From Octopus sinensis (lineage: Eukaryota), in assembly GCF_006345805.1 (NCBI RefSeq), contig NC_043019.1, positions 30,999,360 to 31,063,359 of the forward strand: 64,000 nucleotides of DNA, in the 5' to 3' direction. Shown here piece by piece: positions 39,566 to 52,218 of the stretch (position 1 is the stretch's first letter; every line of letters starts with the position of its first letter). Both the position numbers and the translations under genes were made by a program. The notes below the pieces were generated by a model. The model ran no database searches, was not told the origin of the DNA, and saw nothing but the letters and a program-made list of their open reading frames with translations.

Positions 39566-41149
39566 GTACATGTGTATATATATATATAAAATACGTTTTT
39601 TGCTGTATTGCATGTTTGTTTCTTTTTTGCATCTGTTATTTTTCTATTGGTTTTCGATATAAATAAAGCTTTATCCATTAATTTGCCGTTTTTCTTTACA
39701 TGAACTGAGAAGCTACATTGCGGAACCATTATGTTTATGAGTTATATGTATTTATTACCTAAGAGACACTTCTGCACTGTCGGATGCTCCTGAACCAGTT
39801 GTTAAGTATCCTATCCATATGCGATCGATGCTAGATGTGTCAAAACAATTCTAGTGATTAATAAAAATTCTTATATTTTCCATCTTCTGTCTCTTGTTAA
39901 CCAAATACATAATGAACTCTGTGAAAGAGATCATGCTTTATCAGTAAGGTACGAGGTATAACCCATTCGTTTTATTATCCAATTTATATATCATACACAC
40001 ACACACACACACATACTTATATATATCTGTGTATATATATATATATGTATATATATATATGGATGGTCCTGCTTCTTTATTTCTGTTTCATGCCTTTCTA
40101 CATAATTGTCCGTTTACGGGAGGTTCCAGCAGTAAGTCAGATTATAGGAGAAGAGGGAGCAAACTACTTTATTCAGACCTTCTCCATTTCCAAAGAAAAA
40201 GGATGCAAAAATTGCTGATTCTAAAAGAGAGAGGGAAGAACCAATCTGAATACTTGACTGTTATTCTATAATTTGTCGACCCTGGAAAGATAAAAATCAA
40301 TGTTGATCTTACTCAGCAAGATCTGAATGCAGAATGCAAAGAGCTTGAACAAATATTGCAAAATATTCTACCTGATGCTTTAATGATTTTTTTTACCAAT
40401 CTGCCAGACAAGAAGGTAAAATATGCATATTTTCTTAATTTTAGATTTGTTTCAGTGAAGAATTTTTGTAACTGATTATGGTAGGTTTCATATAAACAAG
40501 CATTCAAAGGAGAAAAGCATTGATTATTTGGAGTTTACTGTCAAAGTTTTGTATTAACCTGTAATATACAATATCGGCAAATTGTTTAAAGTAAGAATTT
40601 GTAATAGAATAAGTATTTATTCAATCAAACAAAAATAAACATAAAAAAAACAAGCAAGAGTGTATTGATTGCTCTTTCCTTCCTTTCTTTTTTCTTTCAT
40701 GCTTTTTTCCCCCCTTTCTTTCTTTTTTAAACATCGATTCATAGAACAGGAAGCAAATGGAAGGAAGAATTTTACCGAAGGAGATACTTGTCAGAAATGG
40801 AAACATTTAAAGATAATTTTTATCATTGTTCTTATTTTCCTGGTGCATTCTCTGGAAATTTGACAACAAGTTCCATTGATAGAGTAAATGACAGGGAAGT
40901 TTGAAAAAGATCCAAAAAGCGCTATGGTAAGTATTTGGAGAAATTCCAAGTTAGCGATTTAGCGAAGAAAAGTCGTGTTAAAGTTTAGAGAATGTACTTT
41001 TCTTTATTTTGTTTTTTCACAAACTGTTTAGGATATTAGACATGGAAATGTTGTTATCTGAAATCATTTGAAAGAAACCTGAGGCTATTTCATTTGTCCA
41101 TTTATAAACAATCAATATTGGAAACAGCGTAACTGTAACTGGCATATTG

Positions 41150-41320
41150 TCGGTTATGATGACAAGGGTTCAAGTTGATCTGATCAACGGAATAGCTTGC
41201 TCATGAAATTAACGTGCAAGTGGCTGAGTACTCCACAGACACGTGTAACCTTAATGTAGTTCTCAGTGAGATTCAGCATGACATAAAATCTGGCAAGGCC
41301 AGCTTTTTGAATTACAGTTA
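41150..41320 (-). mobile_element. SINE family D, 3' fragment
   Basis: CTCCACAGACACGTGTAACCTTAATGTAGTTCTC matches the reverse complement of 60540-60595. Confidence 0.8.
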
Positions 41321-41468
41321 CAACACATTTTTGCCAATTGAGTGGAATGGAGCGATAGGAAATAAACAGCTTCTGTCTACCAGATTCCCCCACACAGTAC
41401 AGTATTAGTCAGCTCTGACCTGTAGTGGAAGAAACTTGCCCAAGGTGCAGTACAGTCAGATTGAACCC

Positions 41469-41683
41469 AATCGAAAGAGAGGAGCTTTCTCCGTTCGGGT
41501 TGCGGATCCGTGGAACAAGCTGCCAGACGAGATGGTGAAGATGCCGACGACCGCTTTGTTCAAAGCCTCCCTTGACCTCAAGTGGCCTGAACTCTTTACA
41601 TGAACACCACCCTGTACTTAACTCTATGTCCCCCTACATGGCCTTGCTATTTGCTTTTGAGCCAAATTAACTAACTAACTAAT
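41469..41683 (+). mobile_element. CR1/L2-like LINE 3' end with (CTAA)n tail, inserted in a SINE relic
   Basis: RGAFSVRVADPWNKLPDEMVKMPTTALFKASLD* motif; imperfect TSD ATTGAACCC (41460) / ATTAAACCC (41682); CpG-rich. Confidence 0.85.
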
Positions 41684-41979
41684 TAAACCCGAAGCCAAAT
41701 GGTTTAAAACAAGCTTCTTAACCACACAGCTGTGCTGGCAACGGTGTAAAACAACCGAGACATATATCTTTTTATTGTTGCTGTTTGATATTTAATATTT
41801 CTATATGACGAGAGGATTAGTTAATAACCAGTAATTAAATTTAATTATCAATGTACTCAATGTGCTTTCATTACTATCAACATAAAAACTTTTAATGCTT
41901 CTCAGTGTCTTCCAATAAGCTGAATTATTATATAAAAACACATAAAAGGGATTTGCTTTACTCTTTTGAACATTAAACA

Positions 41980-42370
41980 TGTGGCTGTGTGGTAAATAGC
42001 TTGCTAATGAGCGACATGGTTCTGGGTTCAGTCCCACTGCATAGCACCTTGCGCAAGTGTCATCTACTATAGCCTCGGGCCGACCAAAGCCTTGTGAGTG
42101 GATTTGGTGGTCAGAAACTGAAAGAAGCCCGTTGTATATATGTATATATATATATGTGTGTGTATATGTTTGTGTGTCTGTGTTTGTCCCCCCACCATCA
42201 CTTGACAACTGATGTTGGTGTGTTGATGTCCCCGTAACTTAGCAGTTCGGCAAAAGAGACCGATAGGATAAGTACTAGGCTTACAAAGAATAAGTTCTGG
42301 GGGTGATTTGGTCGACTAAAGGCGATGCTCCAGCATGGTCACAGTCAAATGACTGAAACAAGTAAAAAAA
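41980..42370 (+). mobile_element. SINE family A, full-length copy
   Basis: Head, microsatellite and tail. Confidence 0.88.
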
Positions 42371-43465
42371 ATAAGAATATCTGTTCAAAATTTTATAACC
42401 AACAACAGTAGAAAGTGGTGTTTTTGACCCACAATCTTGAAAAAAATTTTAAAAAGACCTCCTTATGTTACAAAAAGCAGAGATACCTTCCAGTGACACT
42501 TTAAGATTATTTCTCGGAGACAGTGTGTGTGTGTATGAGTGTATATGTGCACGCACATACGGACACACAGCCGTGTGTGCGTGCGCGTATTGACATGAGT
42601 ACGGGATTCTTTACATACGTTCTTATACACATCCTTTAATATCTTATACCTGGACCTAGAGGCGTGGGCATATACGTGTGTGTATGTAGTGATGGGCGCG
42701 CGTATATGCATGTGAGCGTGTACGCGCGTAATGTCCGTGTATATATGCGGATATTCTGTTGTATGTATGTGTGTGTACGCGCGTGCGTGTGGGTGCGTGT
42801 GTGTTTATGTACGTGTTTACACGCGAGTGCGTGTGTATGCTTATAGGCTTGGAGGCGTATATGTACGCGTGTATGTGGGTGTATATATCCATGATGATAT
42901 GTATGTACTAGAAGTCCATTTAATTCAAGGAACCAGATTAAATGCTCATCAGCTCTGATTTACAACGCATTAAGTCCCCAGACGAAACTGTTGATGTACT
43001 GACAATTCTACAACTAAATTTTATCAATCTCCTGACCACCATGCTTGGTCCATAACCTCTATACATCCCTTATCTTTACATTCTTTTACACTTTTATCAT
43101 GTTTTTATCAGGTTTTTTTACTTTTATTTCTACTTCTATTTTTACTTTATATTTCTTTATACCCCCTTTACATCTCCTTACAACCCTTTATCCTCTACAT
43201 TTTTATATTATTCTATACTTACACTTTTTATACATTTTTTATCCCTCGTCCCGAACTCTCGCCCCTCCATCTTCACCTCTATATATGTATTTATTTATTT
43301 ACATTACCTCAACATCCAATTTTCCTCATTCTACATTGAGAGAAGAAAGAGATGGACGCTTCAACTCTATGCTGCTGCCGCATTATGTCGTACGTGAATG
43401 AGAGGATTTGCATCCCCAACCAAGAACTTTTGATGTAACACATGTCCTTGTGGAAGCTGTTGTGC

Positions 43466-43543
43466 GCGGCTGAAGAAGGCCACAGACATACATTATGCAT
43501 TGTTATAAATCTGTCTAATAAAGGCCCGAAACATATGTACCGC
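43466..43543 (+). ncRNA. Type I HHR with intact core and long stem II insert
   Basis: GCGG-CTGAAGA-AGGCC...GGCCC-GAAAC-ATAT-GTA-CCGC; same family as the 5.8 kb fold but a different stem II; A.C mismatch at the base of stem II. Confidence 0.75.
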
Positions 43544-43584
43544 TGAATCCTTCGCATCATGTTTTTATTTTATTTTGATCAATT

Positions 43585-43620
<36 letters not shown>

Positions 43621-44539
43621 ATAGAAGCACCCAGTACACTCTGTAAAGTGGTTGGTGTTAGGAAGGGCATCTGGCCATAGAAACCATGCCAAAACAGACA
43701 GTTGTGAGCCTGTAGAGCTCTCTGGCTAGCCAGCTCCTGTCAAATCTTCCGACCCATGCCAGCATGGAGAATGGACGTTAATCAATGATGTTGATGATCA
43801 TGACAACGACGACAACAACGACGACGACGACGATGATGATGATGATAATAATGATGATGATGATGGTGATGAAATATATACTCAGCCAACAATTAACTAT
43901 TTCTTTTATCGTTTTTCATTTACTTGTTTCAGTCATTATTATATAAAACAAATTGAATTATTTATACATTGATATAATAAAATTAAGCTCACAAGGGTCT
44001 TCTCATTTAAGAAAAATAGGACAAAAAAAAAATTAACCATAAAAAAATTAAACAATAAGTTAAAAAAATTAAACAATATATAATTATTTTCTCTCAGACA
44101 AAAAGACGGAAAATTGAACTATTTTATGAGATAGAAAAGCAACAGGAGTGGAGGAAATGACATGATATGTGAAGGATACAAAAATACTATATTTAAAAAA
44201 AAATCAATTATATTTTTAAAAGATACACTGACAGCTTCAAAGCTAATTTATTTTTAAAACATTACTCATAATGAATTCACGAACAGTAATTCCTTTTTAG
44301 AAAAATCAATGTGCGTTATATGATCCCTGATTTTATTCAGTTCAGATATGATATATGAAACAGAGTAGATCCATTAACTAAGCTGAATAATTATTAAGAT
44401 TAATTTAGTTCATCTTGATAATTCTGGAGTGTATAGGAGAAGATACATATTAAGATCTTTATCAGCTGTTAAATATTTGGGAAAAAAATATATCTTATTT
44501 AACATTCTTGTACCATTTGGTCCCCGCCCCCCACCCACA

Positions 44540-46050
44540 AAAAATGTCTTTCCAGTGTATTCTGTGTGTTAGGGGAACATCTCTGAAACAAGTGGAGAAG
44601 TTTAAGTATTTAGGGGCCATTTATTACATGAGTGATGGGAAGCAGGAGGCTGAATTGAGTACTAGAATTGTTATGTTTAAGACAAGGTAGAAAATGCTAA
44701 AATAATTTTAAAGGCGGCAAGCTGGCAGAACCGTTAGCACACCAGGTGAAATGCTTAGCAGTATTTTGTTTGCCATTACGCTCTGAGTTCAAATTCTGCT
44801 GAGGTCGACTTTGCCTTTCATCCTTTTGGGGGTTGATAAATTAAGTACCAGTTATGCACTGGGGTCGATGTAATCGACTTAATACCTTTGTCTGTCCTTG
44901 TTTGTCCCCTCTATGTTTAGCCCCTTGTGGGCAATAAAGAAATAAGAAATCATCATCATCATCATCATCATCATTTAGCATCCGTTCTCCATGCTAGCAT
45001 GGGTTGGACGGTTCAACTGGGGTCTGTGAAGCTGGAAGGCTTCATCAGGCCCAGTCAGATCTGGCAGTGTTTCTACGGCTGGATGCCCTTCCTAACGCCA
45101 ACCACTCCGTGAGTGTAGTGGGTGCTTTTTACGTGCCACCTGCACAGGTGCCAGACAGAGCTGGCAAACGGCCATGAACGGATGGTGCGAAATAAAAATC
45201 GTTATGGATTCTAGGACAGTAATGTGCTAGCTCCAGCATTCAGTTCTCAAAAAGGGGGATGTTGGTAAGAAAACCAAAATTGCTGTCTTGGTCTGCATTC
45301 CTATACTAACAGGGCTTTGACCTCTCAATGCAGAGAAGTAGCAGTTCATCCTGGATGAAAATCAGAGTTGCAGAGATTGCGACATTGGGTCTCTCAAGAA
45401 CATCTTCCCAGTGCATTCTGCCCGTTAGTGGAACATCGCTGAAGTACGAAGAAAAGGTTAAGTATCTAGAGGCTGTATGCATGAGTTACAGAAGCAAGAG
45501 GCTGAACTGGATACTAGAGTCACAGATGCAAGCTTAGTAATGTGATAGTTCCAGCATTTGATCTTCAGAATAGGAAAGGTTATAGGAAAGGCAGCGAGCT
45601 GGCAGAAACGTTAGCACGCTGGGCAAAATGCTTTGTGGTATTTCGTCTGCCACTGCGTTCTGAGTTCAAATTCCGCTGAGGTCAACTTTGCCTTTCATCC
45701 TTTCGGGGTCGATAAATTAAGTACCAGTTACGCATTTGGGTCGATGTAATCGACTTAATCCGTTTGTCTGTCCTTGTTTGTCCCCTCTATGTTTAGCACC
45801 TTGTGGGCAATAAAGAAATAAGAATAGGAAAGTTTATCTAAAAAAAAAGATTAAACTTGCTATCTTTAATTCCAGTTTCATGCCTATCCTCATCGCTGGT
45901 CATGAATATTGGGTAACGATTAAAAGAGAATGATCATAAATATGAGCAGCCAAAAAGGGGATTCCTTTGAAGTATCTCTGGAGTAACATTACTCAACAGG
46001 GTGCATAACTCAGAGATCAGGGAGTCTCTCTCTCTAGATCGAGTCACCAC
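44540..46050 (+). mobile_element. Two tandem decayed Expander/Rex3-like RTE fragments interrupted by SINEs
   Basis: LKQVEKFKYLGA...SDGKQEAELSTRI (44.55-44.69 kb); LQHSVLKKGDVGKKTKIAVLVCIPILT (45.23-45.31 kb); MKIRVAE...SQCILPVSG (45.35-45.45 kb); KLAIFNSSFMPILIAGHEYWV...GVTLLNRVHNSEIRESL (45.85-46.03 kb). Confidence 0.85.
45580..45821 (+). mobile_element. SINE family B with 12 bp TSD
   Basis: AGAATAGGAAAG on both flanks (about 45568 and 45821). Confidence 0.88.
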
Positions 46051-46698
46051 AGTTTGTTCTGGCAATTTCTTCATTTCAATTATTTCCTACATTATTGACA
46101 TACTACATGTATATATTCTAACAAAATATTGTCTCTGAAGCTTTTAGTTTCAAATATTAAAAATTTCAATCAGCACATAATTATTTCATATCGATTTGTT
46201 AGGTTGATATTGATTTGTTAAAGTGAAATTGTCCCCTGAGTCATAATATATAAGTTTAGTTTCCAAAATACAACATATTGATGTGTTTTCATGCTATTAG
46301 TGTGAACGTTTTTAATACTTCTAAAGTGTTTTCCAATAAACTGAAGTGGTGCATAAAATTCATAAATGGGATTCGTTTAAATAAGTTCAATTAATGAAAA
46401 CTATTTAGAACTTAATATAAATATGTAACATTTAATATGACCCATTCAGATAAAATCTGAAATACGAGAAAACGGATGACTGGTCTGCATCGGCAACAGT
46501 CAATATATAAGATCTTATATGTTCAATTGTTACAATGAGCGAAGAATCCAATATCTTGTGATGTTGCACTTTATCTGAGAGTGAGAGAGAGAAAGCAAGA
46601 GAGGGAGGGAGAGTGAGGGAGAGAGTGGTGTTGTTGCAATGTTAGAAGCCAGCAAATTGAACTTAACAGACAAAATAGCAACACTATTTTTATTTTAC

Positions 46699-47136
46699 TA
46701 TTGGGTTGTCCGGAAAGTTTGTGCCGATTTATAGCAGCTTACCTTTCGACTTATTTTAGACTATGGTTGAGTCCATAAAATAGGATTTGACTACACCTAC
46801 ATTTAGAGCACAGTTTAAGCTATCTTTTTGTGGAAGAAGATTTATGTTCCTATAACCTGTGTTAATTCTGTAACCCTTTAAAATGGAAGATAAGAAAGTT
46901 CATTTTCGGTACTTGATGCTTTAGGAACCAGACAAAAATTGCTGCAGCTTGGCTGGGATGTGTTACCCCACCCTCCATATTCACCAGATATTGCTCCTTC
47001 GGATTTCCACTTATTCAAGTCTCTGCAGAAGAGTCTTAATGGTAAAAATTTCAATTCCTTGGATGACGTAAAAAGATACCTTGATGAATTCTTTGCCATG
47101 AAACCACTTCAATTCTGGGAAGGGGATAACAGCTGA
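46699..47136 (+). mobile_element. Internally deleted mariner (Tc1/mariner) transposon
   Basis: TA then TTGGGTTGTCCGGAAAG TIR-like end; ATG at 46883 (MEDKKVHFRYLML) joined directly to C-terminal LGWDVLPHPPYSPDIAPSDFHLFKSL. Confidence 0.92.
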
Positions 47137-47994
47137 TTTCAAAACTCAATGGTAACTGACCAGTTATGGGTCCCTAACATGAACGGCTATACCAACAAAA
47201 CAGAAAAAAAAGACAACAATGAAAGACACATCCCAAGTGATATATACTACATCATTTTCAAGAAATTTCGGATGCAGCCAAATTTTTTGTCAGTGAACAG
47301 GTTGCAGTTTTGTTCAACGGAAATTTTGACACCATATTACAAATAAATGTTTAAGTGAAGTTGATGGTCTTAGTACGTTTTTGAGTGTCTAACTTGCATC
47401 TTCCCTGCTGCCGTCGCTTTAGTTTCAGCACTTAATCTCAGATCAAAACACTTGCTATGCAAGTGCATCTACATCATTTTGAAAGAAGTATCTATAAAAC
47501 TAGTTTTTCAACAATAAATGGTTACTGGGGGCCCACCAGAATAAAATAGTAATCAAAGGGGAACACAGGTAAAAAAATAAATGGCTGGGAACTACTGCTA
47601 TAAGTGATTTTATTCTAAACCTTTATTGTCTTAAACTCCTATAGATCACATTCTTTTGAACTGTTACTGTCTTTCACTACTATATTTTAAGTGTTATTGT
47701 CTAAAATACATATGGACCCTATGCTAAGCACATATTTTCCTATGCCTCTATGAATGAAATTATTCTAAATACTAACTTACTCTCCTATAGATGATCCCAT
47801 ACTAAGCTCAGCTCTGATTATCTTACACCCCCATAAATGGTTCTCATTCCATTCTCTCATTGTCTTACGCCCCCTAACATTATCCTACTGTAAACTCAAT
47901 GTCTTACACATCTATTTGATGGACATTGAATGTTTCACATCCCTATAAATAATCCTATTTTGAACCCTCAATTTAAATTTGTAAAAGCAAAAAC

Positions 47995-48575
47995 AGATGA
48001 TTCATGAGATGTAGTCTCAACTTGAAGCTTTTAGAGCAAAACTTCAAATTTTGAAGAATCAACTTGGGATTGGTGATGCTTTCTATTTCCCCATACAAAC
48101 CATTTGCAGTGAATCTGGATAAAACGGTTTTGCTGTGAAGTTAAATGTGTTGAAGAAATAGCTAAATGCCAAATTTAAGGATTCCAAAGCCAGAAAAGCT
48201 GATTTTAACCTTTTTGGAAATCGATTTAATGCCAATGTTGAAAAAAAAAATAGCATGAAAATAACTGAGATTCAAAGTGATGATTTTTTTTTAGCTAAAA
48301 TTGAAAGATGAATTTCCATTGTCGTTTTATGAAACTCTTCCTGAAGAAAACTACCACAAACTTGCATGTTACACGAAAAAAATATACTGCCATGATTTGT
48401 AGCACATATATCTGTGAACAACATTTTTCTGGAATGAAAATAGTGTCAAAAACTAAGTCAAGATTGACAGATATTCATTTCTATGACAATTTATGAGTTT
48501 CAACATCACAAATATTTGTAAACATTGGAAAAGTTGCTAAAAAAAATGTTCCATGATGTCAAGTGTTTCACAGTA
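47995..48575 (+). mobile_element. Decayed hAT (SPIN/Charlie/GTF2IRD2-like) transposase C-terminus
   Basis: AMICSTYICEQHFSGMKIVSKTKSRLTD matches the hAT dimerization-domain motif; frameshifted and with stops. Confidence 0.8.
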
Positions 48576-49064
48576 AATTATTTCTATTGACGTCAATAAC
48601 AAATGAATAATAAATATGATGTTTCATGTCTGTATTTTGTTAGGTAGTGCTTTAATCATTCTAAGAGGTTTGGTTAGACTATTTTCCTCATCTATTTTCC
48701 TCATATTTTTTCCCAGTATTTTAGTTGTTTCAGCCATCTTGTCAAGTCATGTTAATTTCTATTTCTATCTATCTCACATTTATTTATTTATTTAGTTACT
48801 TCACTCAACTACCTTTTCCTCAACCACCATAACTTAAAACAGTGCAAATAAACAAAACACATTACAATGATTAAGTATGGTGTTTCTTGAAATTTGAAAC
48901 ATTTCATTGAAGGTAACATTTTCAGCACTTTAAACAAATGGCAATTTTTATTAAAGAAGATCTTACATATAAACAACATTTGCTTTTGAAACAGGAAACA
49001 CCCATAATCATTTTTTTCTCTGGAGAAGAGCTGTATTTTTTCTTTAACAATTTTTTTTCCGTTA

Positions 49065-49297
49065 GACCTGCATTGGGTGGATGTAGGTGTCTTCAAAATA
49101 AAGCTGGACCTCTTACTGTCAAGTGTCCCAGATGAACCAACTTCGTGGCAGGAGGTGCAGATGAGGGCAGCTGCATCAAACTCTCTCATGCATCAAATGT
49201 CAATTCCTAAAAAGCATTCATGAAGTAAAATTATGTAGCAACACCAAATGGTGGTGCCCCAGCATGACCGCAACTCGTGAGCTGAAACTAGATAAAG
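49065..49297 (+). mobile_element. CR1/L2/Jockey-group LINE 3' end sharing its tail with SINE family A
   Basis: VDVGVFKIKLDLLLSSVPDEP...RAAASNSLMHQ* followed by GGTGGTGCCCCAGCATGACCGCAAC...GCTGAAACTAGATAAAG. Confidence 0.75.
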
Positions 49298-50806
49298 TAA
49301 AAAAATATATAGTTTAATGAATATATTACAAACAAATCTTACTAAATGGTGTGCCCTGGCGGCCAGTAATTGTAAGGGAAATAATCACTTCTAGATTAGT
49401 CATGGTGGGAGTGGAAGTTTGAGATTTAAATCAAAGAGAAATGAAGAAGATGTACAGGATATATATATAAGCACAGACATGGCTGTGTGGAAAGAAGTTT
49501 GCTTCCTAAGTACATAGATTCTGGTTCAGTCCTACCGTGTGACGTCTTGGACAAGTATCTTCTATTACAGCTTTTAAATTGAAAAGTAACATTAATATAA
49601 AACTATACATAAGACTAGAAATGTTGTGATCTTTTTAAGGAATAAGAGGAAAAAATAATAAATCTTTTAGTTGCTTAAGTCATGAGACTGTGGCCATGCT
49701 GGGGCACCACCTTGAAGAATTTTTAACTGAATGATTTGACCATAGTGCTTTTTAAAGCTCGGTATTTATTCTATTGGTGTATTTTGCAGAACCAATAAGT
49801 TGCAGGGACATAAACACACCAACACTGGTTGTCAAGTGGTGGGGGACAAACAGAGATACAAAGGCTTTTCCTGACCACGTGGTTCTGTGTTCAGTCCCAA
49901 TGCATGGCACCTTGGGCAAGTGTCTTCTACTATAGCCCTGAGCCAACCAAAGCCTTGTGAGGGAATTTGACGAACAGAAACTGAAAGAAACCCATCATAT
50001 ATATATACGTGTGTATATATTTGTATGTATGTGTCTGTGTTTGTACCCTTGCCGTTGCTTGACAACAGATGCTGGTGTGTTTATGTCCCAGTAACTTAGT
50101 AGTTCAACAAAAGAGACCAATAGAATAAGTACTAGGCTTGGAAAAATAAGTCCTGGGGTCGATTTTTTCAGTTAAAATCCTTTAAGGTGGTGCTCCAGCA
50201 TGGCCGCCGTCAAATAACTGAAACAAGTAAAAGAATATACATACAATGGGCTTCTTTCAGTTTCCATTTACAAAATCCACTCGCAAGGCTTTGGTCAGCC
50301 TAAGGCAGAGTAGAAAGCACTGAAGGTGCCACACAATGGTACTGATCCAGGAACCATGTGGTTGGGAAGCAAGTTTCTTACCACACAGCCATGCCTATTC
50401 CTATTATTCATAATTTAATTCACCGATTTTCCAAGTATTCTTTTTTTTCTTTTAATTATTCTGTAATGTATTACAGAGGTAGCATGTGTTAATCACATTG
50501 TTAGTAGGATTTGAACTCAGAGTGCAGAGAGCCGGAACAAAAACTGCAAATATTATTTTAATATTAGCAAATCATTCTGTGACATGTGCAACAGCAACTA
50601 GCATATTTGCATTCAAACCTGCTGGAACATATTAAAAATAAATATGCAAATCATCCTTTCAGATCTTGTGGTATAATTTCTGAAATTTTATCTCATTAAT
50701 AAATTCATTTGCCTGTAGAAATGTTTTAGGATCAAGCTTATATATATTTTTTTTATGTGCTCTTTTCAAGCTTGGAATCAAACTCGGAATCTTGGATTCT
50801 CGGAAA

Positions 50807-50835
<29 letters not shown>

Positions 50836-50877
<42 letters not shown>

Positions 50878-51430
50878 GCCCTGATGCAGTACCAGGCAGT
50901 GGCTCTCATGGCTTCTGATCTTAACTGATTGGAAGTGTTATCATGTACATTGTTTTGTCTTGGTATAAAAGATGGGTGACAGCAAATATTCTGCTCAATA
51001 CCACAGATTTGCTTGTCAGTTGTTTGACCTTAACCAGTTGAGCATGTCCCTTAGTGGCTGACGATATGTGCATCTCTGATCATGAGCAGAAGTAGTGGGG
51101 GAGCATCATAGCTATGTGTTGAGAGGGATTCTTTGGGGTTTGAATAGTTCACCTCTGGAAACATGGGTGGTTCTTTCAACATCCTTAAACAACCCTTATT
51201 CAGGGACCGTTTGAGCGGGATGGGCTACTCAACCTGAAGAAAATTCAAACTGGGCCCCACCTGCAAGGTCATGTGCTGTTTATCTTGATATGAGATCACC
51301 ATGTTGCGCACATATGGTTGTGATGCATGTGCCTGGTGTACCTTTATCAGACGGGTAGTCATGATGGGTATATTGGGCTTCGTATATTTTACCCCAGTGT
51401 CACTTTGATGGCATGAACTGCTCTCTCACT
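50836..51430. mobile_element. Unclassified ~600 bp segment between (AAT)n tracts, probably an interspersed repeat
   Basis: More GC-rich than its flanks and sharply bounded by (AAT)n arrays; class not determined. Confidence 0.45.
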
Positions 51431-51511
51431 CAATAATAATAATAATAATAATAATAACAACATTGAAAAATACCTTAGGAATGAGAACCCAGGTTCGAAA
51501 TTTCCCCCAAG

Positions 51512-51555
51512 ACACCTGATGAAGCCTGGAGGGTATATCAGCTGAAACATTGTGT
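51512..51555 (+). ncRNA. Degenerate minimal HHR fold
   Basis: ACAC-CTGATGA-A-GCCTG-GAGGGTATAT-CAGCT-GAAAC-AT-T-GTGT. Confidence 0.55.
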
Positions 51556-52024
51556 TAACTACAAACAAGATGAGGACAAATATCCGTCAAATGTAAACAA
51601 TGTAAATAATATACATACACATGTATGTATGTATATTACATGGTTAAATAAATATATATTCAACTCTCATACCTTCTGATTTTGTGGTTTTATAAACTCC
51701 TCATGGAATAATCACAGTGATTGAATCTTCTGGATTTTCAGTTTGTGAACTATCTACATTATGCTTCTTTGTCATTGCTTGCTCTGTGGACTGATAGCCA
51801 AGTCTATAAGAAGTACTTCCTATGATAGCTGCATTATTTTTTAAATCCACAGCTTATGTTACTCATTTATATGTGTGTGTGTGTGTGTGTGTGAATGAGT
51901 GTGAATCTGTGTGTATATATGTCACCATGACTGACCAGGCTATCAGATGTTGCTACACATCACTGGTCACAATGTGCTTCGCATTGTTTTAGCCTTCAAA
52001 TGATGCCACCCTGCTGGCTAAGTG

Positions 52025-52218
52025 AGCAGGCCAACAGAAGAAAGAGAGAGAGAAAGTTGGAGCGAAAGAGTACAGCAGGGATCGCCACCATCCACTGCCG
52101 GAGACTTGTGGAGCTTTAGGTGTTTTCGCTCAATAAACACTCACAATGCCTGGTCTGGGAATCAAAACTGCGATCCTACGACCGCGAGTCCACTGCCTTA
52201 ACCACTGGGCCATTGCAC
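52025..52218 (-). mobile_element. SINE family D, tRNA-like head
   Basis: Reverse complement of the 60306 head. Confidence 0.85.

Noticed and set aside
39764-39852. Segment open on both strands with plausible splice sites
   Set aside because: Plus-strand (DTSALSDAPEPVVKYPIH...) and minus-strand (IDRIWIGYLTTGSG...) readings are equally plausible, and I recognise no homology for either.
40317-40410. Coding-looking exon QDLNAECKELEQILQNILPDALMIFFTNLPDKK
   Set aside because: It aligns with the decayed minus-strand family B-type head seen at about 50505, 55570 and 59825 (GGATTTGAACTCAGAGTGCA...GGAACAAA); SINE relic.
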